Positions 17,697-27,231 of a stretch of DNA of 64,000 bases are shown piece by piece (positions within the stretch are counted from its first letter, which is position 1; each line of letters opens with the position of its first letter). Made by a program: the position numbers and the translations under genes. The stretch is from Terriglobia bacterium (GTDB taxonomy: Bacteria; Acidobacteriota; Terriglobia; Acidiferrales; UBA7541). The DNA is taken from contig OY968796.1 in the NCBI GenBank assembly GCA_963695545.1, positions 1,376,001 through 1,440,000 of the forward strand. Reading direction: 5' to 3'. A model generated the notes under the pieces. It was not told the origin of the DNA, searched no databases, and saw only the letters and a list, made by a program, of their open reading frames with translations.

Positions 17697-19064
17697 ATGA
17701 GACGCGCATCTCAACGCAATCGCAGAGCGGGAATTTTCAGTTGCGCTGGAATGGTGCTGGCAGCGGGCTTGGCCTTAGCGATTGCTTCGCCGTGGATTTC
17801 CGCGACGCCAGCGCAGTCGCAAGCGCCGGCCACGCCGCCTCCCGGCGGACCGCCCGTCGCGGGCTCGGCGTCAGGCGCCGGCTCGCCAGCAGCTGAGGCG
17901 GCCGCAGCTGCGCCGCCCGCGACCGTGGCGAAAACGGCGGGCGATGCATACATGAACGTGACCGTGCTCAACAACATTCCCGCCGATCAGTTGCTATCGA
18001 CGATGGAATTTATTTCGACGTCGCTCGGTCAGCACTGCACTTTTTGCCACGTAGTTCCCAATTTTGAAGACGACAGCAAGCAGACCAAAACCGTGGCGCG
18101 CAAGATGATTCAAATGGAACTCGATATCAATAAAGCGAATTTCAATGGCCGCGTCGAAGTCACCTGTTACACCTGCCATCGCGGCGCCGCGCATCCGGTC
18201 GGCACTGCGCCGATTCCGGAGGAAGGCCAAATGGCGATGACGCCTTCCATGCCGCCGATGGATCACGGTCCGGGCGGAGGAATGGGAACCGGAGGTCCGC
18301 CGGCGGGTGGCGCGCAAGGCGCTCCCGGCGCGGGACCTGGCGGAATGGCGCCGGGAAACCAACCCGCGGTGCCGACGGTCGATCAGATTATCGACAAATA
18401 TACGCAAGCCATCGGCGGCGCGGACGCATTTGCGAAATTGACGAGCGTCGAGGCTGAGGGAACCGGCATGCTTGAAGGGGAACAGCCGGGGCCAAACCTG
18501 AACGTTAAGATCATCCAGGAAGCGCCGAACAAGCGCTGCGTATCGCTCGTGGGTCCGAGCGGCACCATGACGACGGCCACCGACGGCACCGATTACTGGG
18601 GACAGACCACGAGTGGACAGGTCCACGATCTGGCCGGAACGCAACTGGTGGAAATGAAACGCGCAGCGGATATGACCTGGCTGCTGAACATCCGCACAAA
18701 CTTTTCGCAACTGCGCGTGGCGGGAACGGATGAGGTGGGCGACCACAAGGTTTACGTGGTGATGGGCATTCCCGCGGGCGGCGGCCCGAGGGAGCGTCTG
18801 TTGTTCGACGTCGATAGCGGCCTCTTGCTGCGCTACATGTTCTTCGCGCCCAGCCCGCTCGGCAATAATCCGATCCAGGCCGACTTCAGCGACTATCGCG
18901 ACGCCGGCAACGGGTTGAAAGTGCCGTTCACGATCCGCACGGCAACGCTTAGCTCCGCCCTCACGCTGCACCTCAGCAAAATCCAGTACAACGTGGCGGT
19001 GGACGACAGCAAATTTGCAAAGCCGGCCTCAGTAGCGGCGCCGGCGCCCGCGCCGACGCAGTAA
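17697..19064 (+). CDS. Di-heme c-type cytochrome (reaction-centre cytochrome c-like domain) fused to a LolA-like beta domain
   Basis: 'YMNVTVL', 'CTFCH', 'KTVARKMIQM', 'CYTCHRG'; C-terminal 'LLFDVDSGLLLR...FSDYRD...KVPF'. Confidence 0.75.
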   Translation: MRRASQRNRRAGIFSCAGMVLAAGLALAIASPWISATPAQSQAPATPPPGGPPVAGSASGAGSPAAEAAAAAPPATVAKTAGDAYMNVTVLNNIPADQLLSTMEFISTSLGQHCTFCHVVPNFEDDSKQTKTVARKMIQMELDINKANFNGRVEVTCYTCHRGAAHPVGTAPIPEEGQMAMTPSMPPMDHGPGGGMGTGGPPAGGAQGAPGAGPGGMAPGNQPAVPTVDQIIDKYTQAIGGADAFAKLTSVEAEGTGMLEGEQPGPNLNVKIIQEAPNKRCVSLVGPSGTMTTATDGTDYWGQTTSGQVHDLAGTQLVEMKRAADMTWLLNIRTNFSQLRVAGTDEVGDHKVYVVMGIPAGGGPRERLLFDVDSGLLLRYMFFAPSPLGNNPIQADFSDYRDAGNGLKVPFTIRTATLSSALTLHLSKIQYNVAVDDSKFAKPASVAAPAPAPTQ

Positions 19065-19100
19065 CAACTAATTCCGGCGCGGTTCGGTGGAGGATGAGGC

Positions 19101-20240
19101 ATGGCGGATGTGAAGGTCGGATTCTACGGGCACGTCAGGCAATATCACGATCTGAAGGAGGAGATCGACCGCGCCATTCACGACGTGCTCGAAAGCGGCA
19201 GCTACGTCCTGGGGCCGCAACTTGCCGAATTTGAGAGCGAACTCGCACGCTACATGAACCTGCAAGAAACTGTGGGCCTGAATTCGGGCACGGACGCGCT
19301 GTTGCTCGCGTTCGTCGCGATGGGCCTTGGGCCGGGCGACGAGATCATCACGACCGCGAACACATTTTTCGCCACGGCCGAGGCCATTTGGCTGGCGGGC
19401 GCGACGCCGGTGCTGATCGATTCCGAAAGCAAGACGCACAACATCGACGTGAGAAAACTCCAGGCCGCGATCACGCCGAAAACGCGCGCGATCGTGCCGG
19501 TGCATCTCTACGGGCTTCCGGCGGACATGCCGGCCATCGCGAAAATCGCCAAGGCGCACGGGCTTTCGGTGATCGAGGATTGCGCGCAAGGGATCGGAGC
19601 GCGCGGCGACACTTTCGCGATCGGCGAGCATAGCGACGCGGTTTGCCTGAGCTTCATCATCCAGAAAAATCTGGGATGCTTCGGCGACGGCGGGGCGGTG
19701 GCCACGAACAACGCGGAAATGGCCGCGAAGATTCGCAAGCTGCGCAACCACGGATCGCTCAAGCGCTCGCACCACAGCATCGGCTACAACAGCCGCCTGG
19801 ACGATTTGCACGCCGCGGTGCTGCGCGTGAAGCTGCGCAAGGTAAATGAATGGAGCGCCAAGCGCCGGGCGATCGCGCGCATCTACGACGCGGCGTTCGC
19901 GGGTTCGCCGCTGCGTCTGCCGGTTACGCCGGCAGGTTACGAGCACGTCTATCATCTCTACGTGGTCGAATGCGACGACCGCGACGGCTTGCAGGCGCAT
20001 CTGGCCGCGCACGGCATCACCGCGCTTACGCATTACCCGATCGCGATTCATCAGCAGGAAGGATTTCCGTGGGGCCGGCCGGTACGCGTGCATCCGCAAA
20101 CGGTGACGGAGAAATCCGCGGCCGGCGTGCTCTCGCTGCCGATGTATCCCGAACTCACGCGCGAAGAAATCGACGCCGTCTGCCGGGAGACGCTCGCGTG
20201 GTGCGCAAGCGCCGGGGCGCGCGCCGTCCCGACACGCTGA
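19101..20240 (+). CDS. DegT/DnrJ/EryC1/StrS PLP-dependent aminotransferase
   Basis: 'NSGTDAL', 'PVHLYG', 'IEDCAQ', 'SFIIQKNLGCFGDGG', 'GYNSRLD'. Confidence 0.93.
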   Translation: MADVKVGFYGHVRQYHDLKEEIDRAIHDVLESGSYVLGPQLAEFESELARYMNLQETVGLNSGTDALLLAFVAMGLGPGDEIITTANTFFATAEAIWLAGATPVLIDSESKTHNIDVRKLQAAITPKTRAIVPVHLYGLPADMPAIAKIAKAHGLSVIEDCAQGIGARGDTFAIGEHSDAVCLSFIIQKNLGCFGDGGAVATNNAEMAAKIRKLRNHGSLKRSHHSIGYNSRLDDLHAAVLRVKLRKVNEWSAKRRAIARIYDAAFAGSPLRLPVTPAGYEHVYHLYVVECDDRDGLQAHLAAHGITALTHYPIAIHQQEGFPWGRPVRVHPQTVTEKSAAGVLSLPMYPELTREEIDAVCRETLAWCASAGARAVPTR

Positions 20241-20247
20241 GACGCTT

Positions 20248-21297
20248 GTGACGCCCGGCGCGCGAAAATATTCGGTCGCGATCCACGGAACCGGCAAGCG
20301 CGGCCGCGTGCACGCCGATGCATTCCATCGCGACGAGTGCTTCGAGGTCGTGGGCATTTCCGGACGCGATCCGACGCGCTTGGTCGCGGCCGCCGAGCTG
20401 GCCGGCAACCCGCCAACATTTTTTGATCCCGCCGAAATGCTGCGCCGCACCAAGCCCGACATTTTTTGTTTCTGCACGCCGTCGGCGGTGCGCCTGGGCA
20501 TGATTCGCACGGGCCTCGAGGGCGGCGTGAAGATGATCGCCTACGAGAAACCCATGGCCACGTCGTTCAACGAAGCGCTCGAGATCACCGAGCTGTGCCG
20601 CGCGGCCGGCGTGAAAACTGTGGTCAGCCACCAGATCAAATACGGCGAGCATTTTCAAAAAGTGCGCGAGATCATTCGCAGCGGCGCGATTGGCCGCGTG
20701 CAAACCGTTTACGGCACCACGCTCGGTTGGCTGCTGCAGATGGGCACGCACGTGATGGATTACGTCCGGTACTTCAACGGCGAAGCGGAAGCGGAATGGG
20801 CGTTCGGCCAGGCTGCGGGCACGGAGAAATTTGCGGACTCGCATCCATCTCCGGATTTTGTGCTGGGCGAAGTGCAGTTTGCGAACGGCGTGCGCGGCAT
20901 CCTGGAGATCGGCAATCTCGCGCAGGACGTGCCGGAGGTTGAATATTTCTGGCACAAGGTGCGCATCGGCGCGCAGGGCACGGAGGGCTTTGCCGAAGCG
21001 CTGATCGGCGGCGGATGGCGCGCGGTGACGCGCGATTCCGGCGGTCCGATTTCGGGGCCCGGCAAATGGGACGCGCAGCACGATCAGCCGCCCTATATTC
21101 GCGATATGGCGCTGTGGCTTGACGATCCCGAGCGCGTGCATCGGTGCAACGGCGAAAGCGCATTCAAAGGATTCGAGATTCTGATGGCCATGTGCCGCTC
21201 CGCGATCGAACGGCGAAAAATCGTGCTGCCGCTCGCGCCGGGCGAAAACGAAATCGTGCGATTGGCCGGCGTTCTATCCGACGAAGCCGCGTCGTGA
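20248..21297 (+). CDS. Gfo/Idh/MocA family NAD-dependent oxidoreductase
   Basis: 'IHGTGKRG', 'EKPMA', 'GTHVMD'. Confidence 0.88.
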   Translation: MTPGARKYSVAIHGTGKRGRVHADAFHRDECFEVVGISGRDPTRLVAAAELAGNPPTFFDPAEMLRRTKPDIFCFCTPSAVRLGMIRTGLEGGVKMIAYEKPMATSFNEALEITELCRAAGVKTVVSHQIKYGEHFQKVREIIRSGAIGRVQTVYGTTLGWLLQMGTHVMDYVRYFNGEAEAEWAFGQAAGTEKFADSHPSPDFVLGEVQFANGVRGILEIGNLAQDVPEVEYFWHKVRIGAQGTEGFAEALIGGGWRAVTRDSGGPISGPGKWDAQHDQPPYIRDMALWLDDPERVHRCNGESAFKGFEILMAMCRSAIERRKIVLPLAPGENEIVRLAGVLSDEAAS

Positions 21298-21411
21298 GCG
21301 TGGTCCGCTCGCCGAAATATTCACGCCTGAAGAAAAAGATGGAGTTCGCAGGCCGCGCTACCTGAGCCAACACACGCTCGCCTGCCCGACCCGCCGGGCA
21401 GTCTCGTGCGT

Positions 21412-23850
21412 TCACTCGCAACGCAGCGCCGTCATGGGATCGATTTTGGAAGCGTGGCGCGCGGGGATTGCGCAGGCGATTCCAGCGACCCCGCTCAGCA
21501 GAAGCGCTCCGGCGAGGAGAATGATGGGATCGCGCGCATTGCCCTCGGCCCAGTTCGCAAGAAGCTTGTTCATCGCCAGCGTGAGCGCCAGCCCCGCCAG
21601 AATCCCGCTGCCCACACTGGCGAAAGTCGAAGAAAAAACGATGCGCAGCACATGGCCGCGCTGAGCGCCCAGCGCCATGCGAATCCCAAACTCGTTTGTG
21701 CGCTGCGTTACGGTGTAGGACACCACGCTGTAAAGTCCGACCGCGGCCAGCGCCAGCGCCAGCAACGAAAACGCGCCAAAGACCCAAGCGGCCAGGTGTT
21801 CTTGTTGCCACTCCGGCTGATCGGAAACCCATGACTCGAGATCCTCGTCGGTGCTGTAGGTTTGCTGCTCCGGATTCACCGCGGCCAACTGCTCCCTCAC
21901 GGCGTGCAACAACGACAGCGGCGGCGCCTGAGATTTCACCAGAATCTCGGTTCCTTGCGGCATGTTCAGCGTGTACGGCACATAGACGGCGGGCTTGATG
22001 GGGTTGCGCAGCCCGTCGTTCCGGGCATCTTGCACAACGCCCACGATCACCAACCACGAATCCGCAATGTTGGGCGCCGACAAAACCATCGGCGGACGGT
22101 CCTCGATGTTCGGCAACTTTACGGAGTGGCCGACCGCGTCGCCATTCGGAAAACATCGCTGGGCCAGCGTTCGATTGATCACCGCTACGTGAGCGCCCAT
22201 CCGATTCTCCGAGTCGTTCCACACACGGCCTTCCAGCAGAGGAATGCGCAATATCGCGAAGTATGCTGGACTCACAAGATTGAGCGATCCCAACTGCTGT
22301 TCCGCCTCGGGAATACCCAGAATCTCAAACGGTCCATCCCATCCGTTGCTCGGCGGAGTGGCGTTGGATGAAATCGCCGTCATCGTGACGCCAGGCGTCT
22401 CCCCCACCTTCGCTTGCAGTTGCTGGAAATATTCCGCGCGCGCGGACCACGTTGTGTACGAATTGTCGTGCAGCGGAATTCCCACGGACATCACATTGTG
22501 CGGGTCATAGCCCAGCGGCTTGTGCATCAGTTTCACGAAGCCCGCCATGGCCGAGCCGGCGCCGTCGAGCAGTAGCAACGTGAGCGCGATCTGTCCGGCG
22601 ATCAGCAAATTGTGTGTCCTGCGCCCGCGCACGCTTCCCGCCACGCGATGAACATTCGACTGCATCACCTGGCCAACTTCGGTGCGCGAGAGTTGCAGCG
22701 CAGGCCACAAGCCGAACACAATTCCCGTTGCCAGCGCCACGCCGACGCTGAAGTAAAGCACAGGAAGATTGATGCGGATCACGACCTCGGGAGCGAAGGC
22801 ATACCGCGGCAGCACCGCGCGAATCGCGTTCAGGATTCCATAAGACGCCAAGACGCCGATTGCCGCGCCGATCGCGGCGAGCAGCAGCGACTCCGTGAGA
22901 AGTTGACGCACAATGCGGCGGCGGTCCGCCCCGACGGCGGCCCGCACAGCCAACTCATGCCGCCGCGCTGCGCCGCGCGCCAGCAGCAAAATCGAAACGT
23001 TCGCGCACCCCACCGCCAGCAGCAGTGCCACCGCGCCCAGCAGCAGATACAACGTCCCGCTGATGCCCCTGACGACCCATTCGTTCAGCCCCTCCACGCG
23101 CACCCTGAATTCCTCGGGAAAACGCTTCGGCATTTCTTTCGCAAACTGGTCCAGCAGCGGTTGCAGCGCTGCGTCCGCCATCGCGTGCGTGACGCCCGGC
23201 TTCAGGTAAAGATCGACGATGTACGTCGGCCCTGGATCTTGCGTCAGTTTCAGCGGAACGTAGACGTCCGCGCTGTACCAGGCGAACCGCGGCGCCGCAA
23301 CACCTACGATCTTGTAGCTCTTGTAATCGAGTTGCAGCGTTTGTCCGATAACGGCGGGGTTGGAGAAAAAATGATTTTGCCAAAACTTGTAGGACAGGAG
23401 GACCACCGGTTGCGGTTCCTGGCCATCGATTGCGTCGGCGGGCAAGAGCCCGCGCCCCAGCAGTGGCGGCACACCCAGATCGACGAAGCCGTTCGAGATA
23501 AGACCGATTACATCGACACCCTCTGGGAGGTCGTGGCCGGTCAAAGTCATGGCGTGGTAATCCATGGCCAGCACGCTCTCGATAAAGGGCAGCTGCCGAA
23601 GTTCCTCGATCTGCGGACCATTCGGATTGAACCAATCCCTCGTGCCCGCCTTGCTCTGCAACGTCAGCCGCACGATCCGGTCCGCTGCGCGAAAGGGATA
23701 AGGATTTATCAACGCGGCGTAGATTACGCTGAACACCGCGGTGGTCGCGCCTATGCCAAGCGCAAGCGAGACGACTGCCGTGAGCGCGAATCCCGGATTC
23801 TTGAGGAGTTGGCGCAGGGAATAGCGGAGATCCTGAAGCACCGAATGCAC
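21412..23850 (-). CDS. ADOP-type duplicated ABC transporter permease (MacB/FtsX x2)
   Basis: 'LQDLRYSLRQL.KNPGF...LALGIGATTAVFS', 'EFGIRMALGA', ends 'IDPMTALRCE'. Confidence 0.93.
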   Translation of the reverse strand: MHSVLQDLRYSLRQLLKNPGFALTAVVSLALGIGATTAVFSVIYAALINPYPFRAADRIVRLTLQSKAGTRDWFNPNGPQIEELRQLPFIESVLAMDYHAMTLTGHDLPEGVDVIGLISNGFVDLGVPPLLGRGLLPADAIDGQEPQPVVLLSYKFWQNHFFSNPAVIGQTLQLDYKSYKIVGVAAPRFAWYSADVYVPLKLTQDPGPTYIVDLYLKPGVTHAMADAALQPLLDQFAKEMPKRFPEEFRVRVEGLNEWVVRGISGTLYLLLGAVALLLAVGCANVSILLLARGAARRHELAVRAAVGADRRRIVRQLLTESLLLAAIGAAIGVLASYGILNAIRAVLPRYAFAPEVVIRINLPVLYFSVGVALATGIVFGLWPALQLSRTEVGQVMQSNVHRVAGSVRGRRTHNLLIAGQIALTLLLLDGAGSAMAGFVKLMHKPLGYDPHNVMSVGIPLHDNSYTTWSARAEYFQQLQAKVGETPGVTMTAISSNATPPSNGWDGPFEILGIPEAEQQLGSLNLVSPAYFAILRIPLLEGRVWNDSENRMGAHVAVINRTLAQRCFPNGDAVGHSVKLPNIEDRPPMVLSAPNIADSWLVIVGVVQDARNDGLRNPIKPAVYVPYTLNMPQGTEILVKSQAPPLSLLHAVREQLAAVNPEQQTYSTDEDLESWVSDQPEWQQEHLAAWVFGAFSLLALALAAVGLYSVVSYTVTQRTNEFGIRMALGAQRGHVLRIVFSSTFASVGSGILAGLALTLAMNKLLANWAEGNARDPIILLAGALLLSGVAGIACAIPARHASKIDPMTALRCE

Positions 23851-24155
23851 GGCGCGCTCCTTGCGGTGCGATGTATGCGAACCATAATTGCACGCGGATC
23901 GGCGTTCGAGGAACTAGTTTTGTCCTCCGATCGGTGGAACAAACGGCGAGCCAAGAGCTCGGAGATTACGACGCGCCCGGAACTCTCGTTGCCGCGGCTG
24001 CGCTGCCAAATTCATTGTGTCGAATGCGGGAGAAGGGTAGGATGCCGGTTCAGGATGTCCGAATCGGAAGTTCCGACCCAGAATCTATCGGACCGATACG
24101 CGCGAAAGTCCCCGGAATCGGGAGCCCGCCGCGACGGGCGGCAAGGATGGAGCAA

Positions 24156-24947
24156 ATGCGAACGAAAAAGCGCTGGATTGCAATTGCGCTGGTCTTGATG
24201 GCTGGAGTTGCGCTGGCCCAGGCAGCGCTCGATAACGACGCAATCATCAAGATGGTCAGGGCCGGCCTCGGCGACGATGTGATCGTTTCGATGATCGCGA
24301 GCCAACCGGGCAACTACACGGTGACTCCCGACGCGTTGATTGCGCTCAAAAATGCGCGCGTGTCGGAGAGAGTCATCAACACCATGATCGCCAAGCAGTC
24401 GGGCACATTGGCGCCGCCCGCTCCTGTCACTGCGCCTGGGCCGGCCGCCGCGCCGGCTCCTCCGGTCGACGAAGTAGGCGTCTATTACAAGGACAAGGAC
24501 GGCCACTGGGTCGAGATGTTGCCGGAAATCGTCAATTTCAAGACCGGCGGTTTTCTGAAGTCGTTGGGCACTGACGGCGTGGTAAAGGGCGACGTCAACG
24601 GACACATCGCAGGCAAGACCGCAAAAATCTCCCTGAATACTCCGCTCGATTTCTTAATTTACATGCAGGATGGCGTGGACATCACGGAGTATCAACTGCT
24701 GCGTTTGCACGTCACCAATGATGGGCGCGAGTTCCGCTCTGTGACCGGCGGCGTAATCCATTCCTCCGGCGGAGCGCAGCGCGACACAGTCGATTTCACA
24801 GGCACGAAAATCGCGCCGCACACGTATGAGATTTTGCTGGGCCCCGACGTTAAGACCGACGAATACGGTTTCTTGCCGCCGGGCGCCACGAGCTCCTCGA
24901 ACATGGCTAGCGGCGGGAAGATGTATACGTTTCACGTTATCGAATAG
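24156..24947 (+). CDS. Secreted hypothetical protein
   Basis: Signal peptide ending 'ALAQA', 'LDNDAIIKMVRAGLGDDVIV' domain, Pro/Ala linker, beta-rich C-terminus; start inferred. Confidence 0.75.
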   Translation: MRTKKRWIAIALVLMAGVALAQAALDNDAIIKMVRAGLGDDVIVSMIASQPGNYTVTPDALIALKNARVSERVINTMIAKQSGTLAPPAPVTAPGPAAAPAPPVDEVGVYYKDKDGHWVEMLPEIVNFKTGGFLKSLGTDGVVKGDVNGHIAGKTAKISLNTPLDFLIYMQDGVDITEYQLLRLHVTNDGREFRSVTGGVIHSSGGAQRDTVDFTGTKIAPHTYEILLGPDVKTDEYGFLPPGATSSSNMASGGKMYTFHVIE

Positions 24948-24987
24948 TCTGGCGCTGGCGCACTCATAAAAGCGCGATGAAGCTCTT

Positions 24988-25033
24988 GACTGGCCCATTT
25001 TTCCCCGCCGCGGCGGGCAAAAATGGGCCAGTC
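24988..25033. terminator. Long inverted repeat between convergent genes (probable terminator)
   Basis: GACTGGCCCATTTTT / AAAAATGGGCCAGTC 15-bp perfect arms plus inner CCCGCC/GGCGGG. Confidence 0.6.
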
Positions 25034-25148
25034 GCTCTTCAGTTTTTCCTCTTTCGAATTCCGCGCTTCAAAGTAATCTCGCGGCCGCGTCCGCGCGCGC
25101 CGCGCCCCGAAATTGCGGGGAGACATCAACGACGGTAGAACGCGAGGG

Positions 25149-26051
25149 CTATTTCGCGCCGCTTTGGCGGAGAACGGCAGCCATGTCGTCGCGGCCCGCG
25201 TTGAGCGCGATCGTGAGCACCGATTCGCCTTTGCGGTTCTTCGCGTTGACGTCGGCGTGGTGATCGATCAGGAGTGTGGCTACATCCGGCGTTCCGACAT
25301 AGAGCGCGGCGAACATCAGCGGCGTCCAGCCATCTTTGTCGCGGGAATTGGCGTCGGCGCCGTGATCGAGCAGAAGTGTGGCCGACGCCACGCTGTCTGC
25401 TTCGAGCGCCTCCGCCAGCGGCGTCGTGCCATCGTCGGCTTTGGCGTTGGGATCGGCGCCATGCGCGACGAGAAACGTGACGACGTTCGTGCGCCCATAC
25501 TCGGCTGCATACATCAGCGCGGTGAAGCCGTGGTTCGTCCTGGCATTCACGTCGGCGCCGCGGGTGAGCAGCAGCGCGGCGATGTCGTCGTGCCCGCTCG
25601 CCGCGGCGCACATGAAAGCCGTCAGGCCATCGTTGTCCTTGGCGGCCACATCCGCTCCGCGGTCGAGCAAAAGTTTCGCGATGTCGAGCGTGCCGCTGAT
25701 GCCGTCGTACATCAGCGCCGTGTAGCCCTTCTTGTCCTTCGCGTTGATCTCCGCGCCGTGATCGAGCAGAAGTTTCACAACGTCTGCGGAGCCATGACCT
25801 GCCGCGAACATCAGCGGCGTCGCGCCGTTGTTGTCCTTAGCGTTGGCATCGACGCCCTGCGCCAGCAGCGATGCGACGGTGTTGGCGTCGCCCTGGGATG
25901 CCGCGGTGTCAAGGCGGCTCGCGTTGTTCGTGGGCGGAGCCTGCGGCGAGTTCGGGCTGCCTACCGCGTCTGCATGCGCCCCGAAAGTCAGAAGCGCTGC
26001 GGCAAGCAACATCGTGTGGTGGGATCTCAAGCTTCGCATCCTCTCTTGCAC
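25149..26051 (-). CDS. Secreted ankyrin-repeat protein
   Basis: About seven 33-aa repeats 'G.T(P/A)LM.AA..G...(V/A)..LL..GADVNA.D'; signal peptide. Confidence 0.92.
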   Translation of the reverse strand: MQERMRSLRSHHTMLLAAALLTFGAHADAVGSPNSPQAPPTNNASRLDTAASQGDANTVASLLAQGVDANAKDNNGATPLMFAAGHGSADVVKLLLDHGAEINAKDKKGYTALMYDGISGTLDIAKLLLDRGADVAAKDNDGLTAFMCAAASGHDDIAALLLTRGADVNARTNHGFTALMYAAEYGRTNVVTFLVAHGADPNAKADDGTTPLAEALEADSVASATLLLDHGADANSRDKDGWTPLMFAALYVGTPDVATLLIDHHADVNAKNRKGESVLTIALNAGRDDMAAVLRQSGAK

Positions 26052-26361
26052 TCTCGTCGGTCTTTCGACGCAATGCGCTCCTGGCAGTCACGCCGGCATC
26101 GTGGGGCTCGGGCGCTGCTTATGCCCGCCAGATTATCGCTGCGCCGCCGATCTTACACTGGCGGCGAGAGCGCGTCAGGCGCTGCGTTCAATTTGACTCG
26201 CGCGTGTCACCGAGGACATGGACTTACCCGAAGAGGAATTTTGGTTTCCGCTGGGCGAGCGCCCCGAATTCGCTAAACGCCTGATTCTGTTGGCGCAATC
26301 CGAGGATTTGCGCCGCAGCGCCAGCGCGATCGTTTGGAACGCCAGGTGCATTCCAAGACGC

Positions 26362-27201
26362 ATGATGACACGACTGCACGACCCGTGTGCCGAGTCCAAG
26401 AAGTGGATTGCGCGATTTTCCCTGCGCAGCATGACAGCGCTCTATGTGTCTCCACTGGCCGCCGCTCAACTGACGGCCAAAGAAATCGCTGCGATCACGA
26501 GATCCATCCAGCAGTTTCAGCTTGGAGAAGGATCGAAGGGGCAGCGTCTGCTCGATCGCGGGAAGAAATACGGGAGCGAAGTGAGCGATCCGTTTTTCGT
26601 CGGCGCGCTCGATCTCTTCATCAAGGAAGAGCAGCAGCACAGCCGCTACCTCGAAGCGTTCATGCAATCGCACGGGATTCCGATCGTAGGCAGGCATTGG
26701 GTGGATTCGATTTTTCGCAAACTTCGCGGATTGGCGGGGCTCGAACTCTCGCTCGCGGTGCTGGTGACCGCGGAAATTATCGCCATGCCGTACTACCGCG
26801 CGCTGCGTGACGCGACGGGCTCGCCCACGCTGAAGAATATCTGCCGCAGGATTCTCGAAGATGAAGCGACGCACCTGAAATATCAGGCGTCGATGCTCGC
26901 GCGATTGGCGGCCAAGCGCCATCGCGTTATCGATCGCGCGATCGGCGCGCTGCGCCGGCTTTTTCTCTTGGGGACGACGGTCGTTGTTTGGTTCGGACAC
27001 CGCGCGGTGTTTCAAGCGGCGGGTTACGGCTTCCGGCGGTTTAGAGACGAGGCGTTCTTTGAGTTTGACGAGCTGGAGAATTGTCGCCGCGCGCTAAACG
27101 CTCTGCGTGATGTTCGCACCGCGCGCGCGTCAGGATTGCTCGAGTCGTGGACGCCCAGCGACGCGCGCATTCTGAAATCCGGCGAGACATCGGCGCGTTA
27201 G
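26362..27201 (+). CDS. Ferritin-like di-iron domain protein
   Basis: 'FQLGE', 'EEQQH', 'AEIIA..YY', 'EDEATH' ExxH pairs; start uncertain (ORF open from 26218). Confidence 0.7.
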   Translation: MMTRLHDPCAESKKWIARFSLRSMTALYVSPLAAAQLTAKEIAAITRSIQQFQLGEGSKGQRLLDRGKKYGSEVSDPFFVGALDLFIKEEQQHSRYLEAFMQSHGIPIVGRHWVDSIFRKLRGLAGLELSLAVLVTAEIIAMPYYRALRDATGSPTLKNICRRILEDEATHLKYQASMLARLAAKRHRVIDRAIGALRRLFLLGTTVVVWFGHRAVFQAAGYGFRRFRDEAFFEFDELENCRRALNALRDVRTARASGLLESWTPSDARILKSGETSAR

Positions 27202-27231
27202 CATTAAGCTCGGCTGCGCGCACGGGCCTTT

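Noticed and set aside
17697..19064. Evidence of phototrophy from the reaction-centre cytochrome-like domain
   Set aside because: Only two CxxCH motifs and no puf, psc or bch genes in the window
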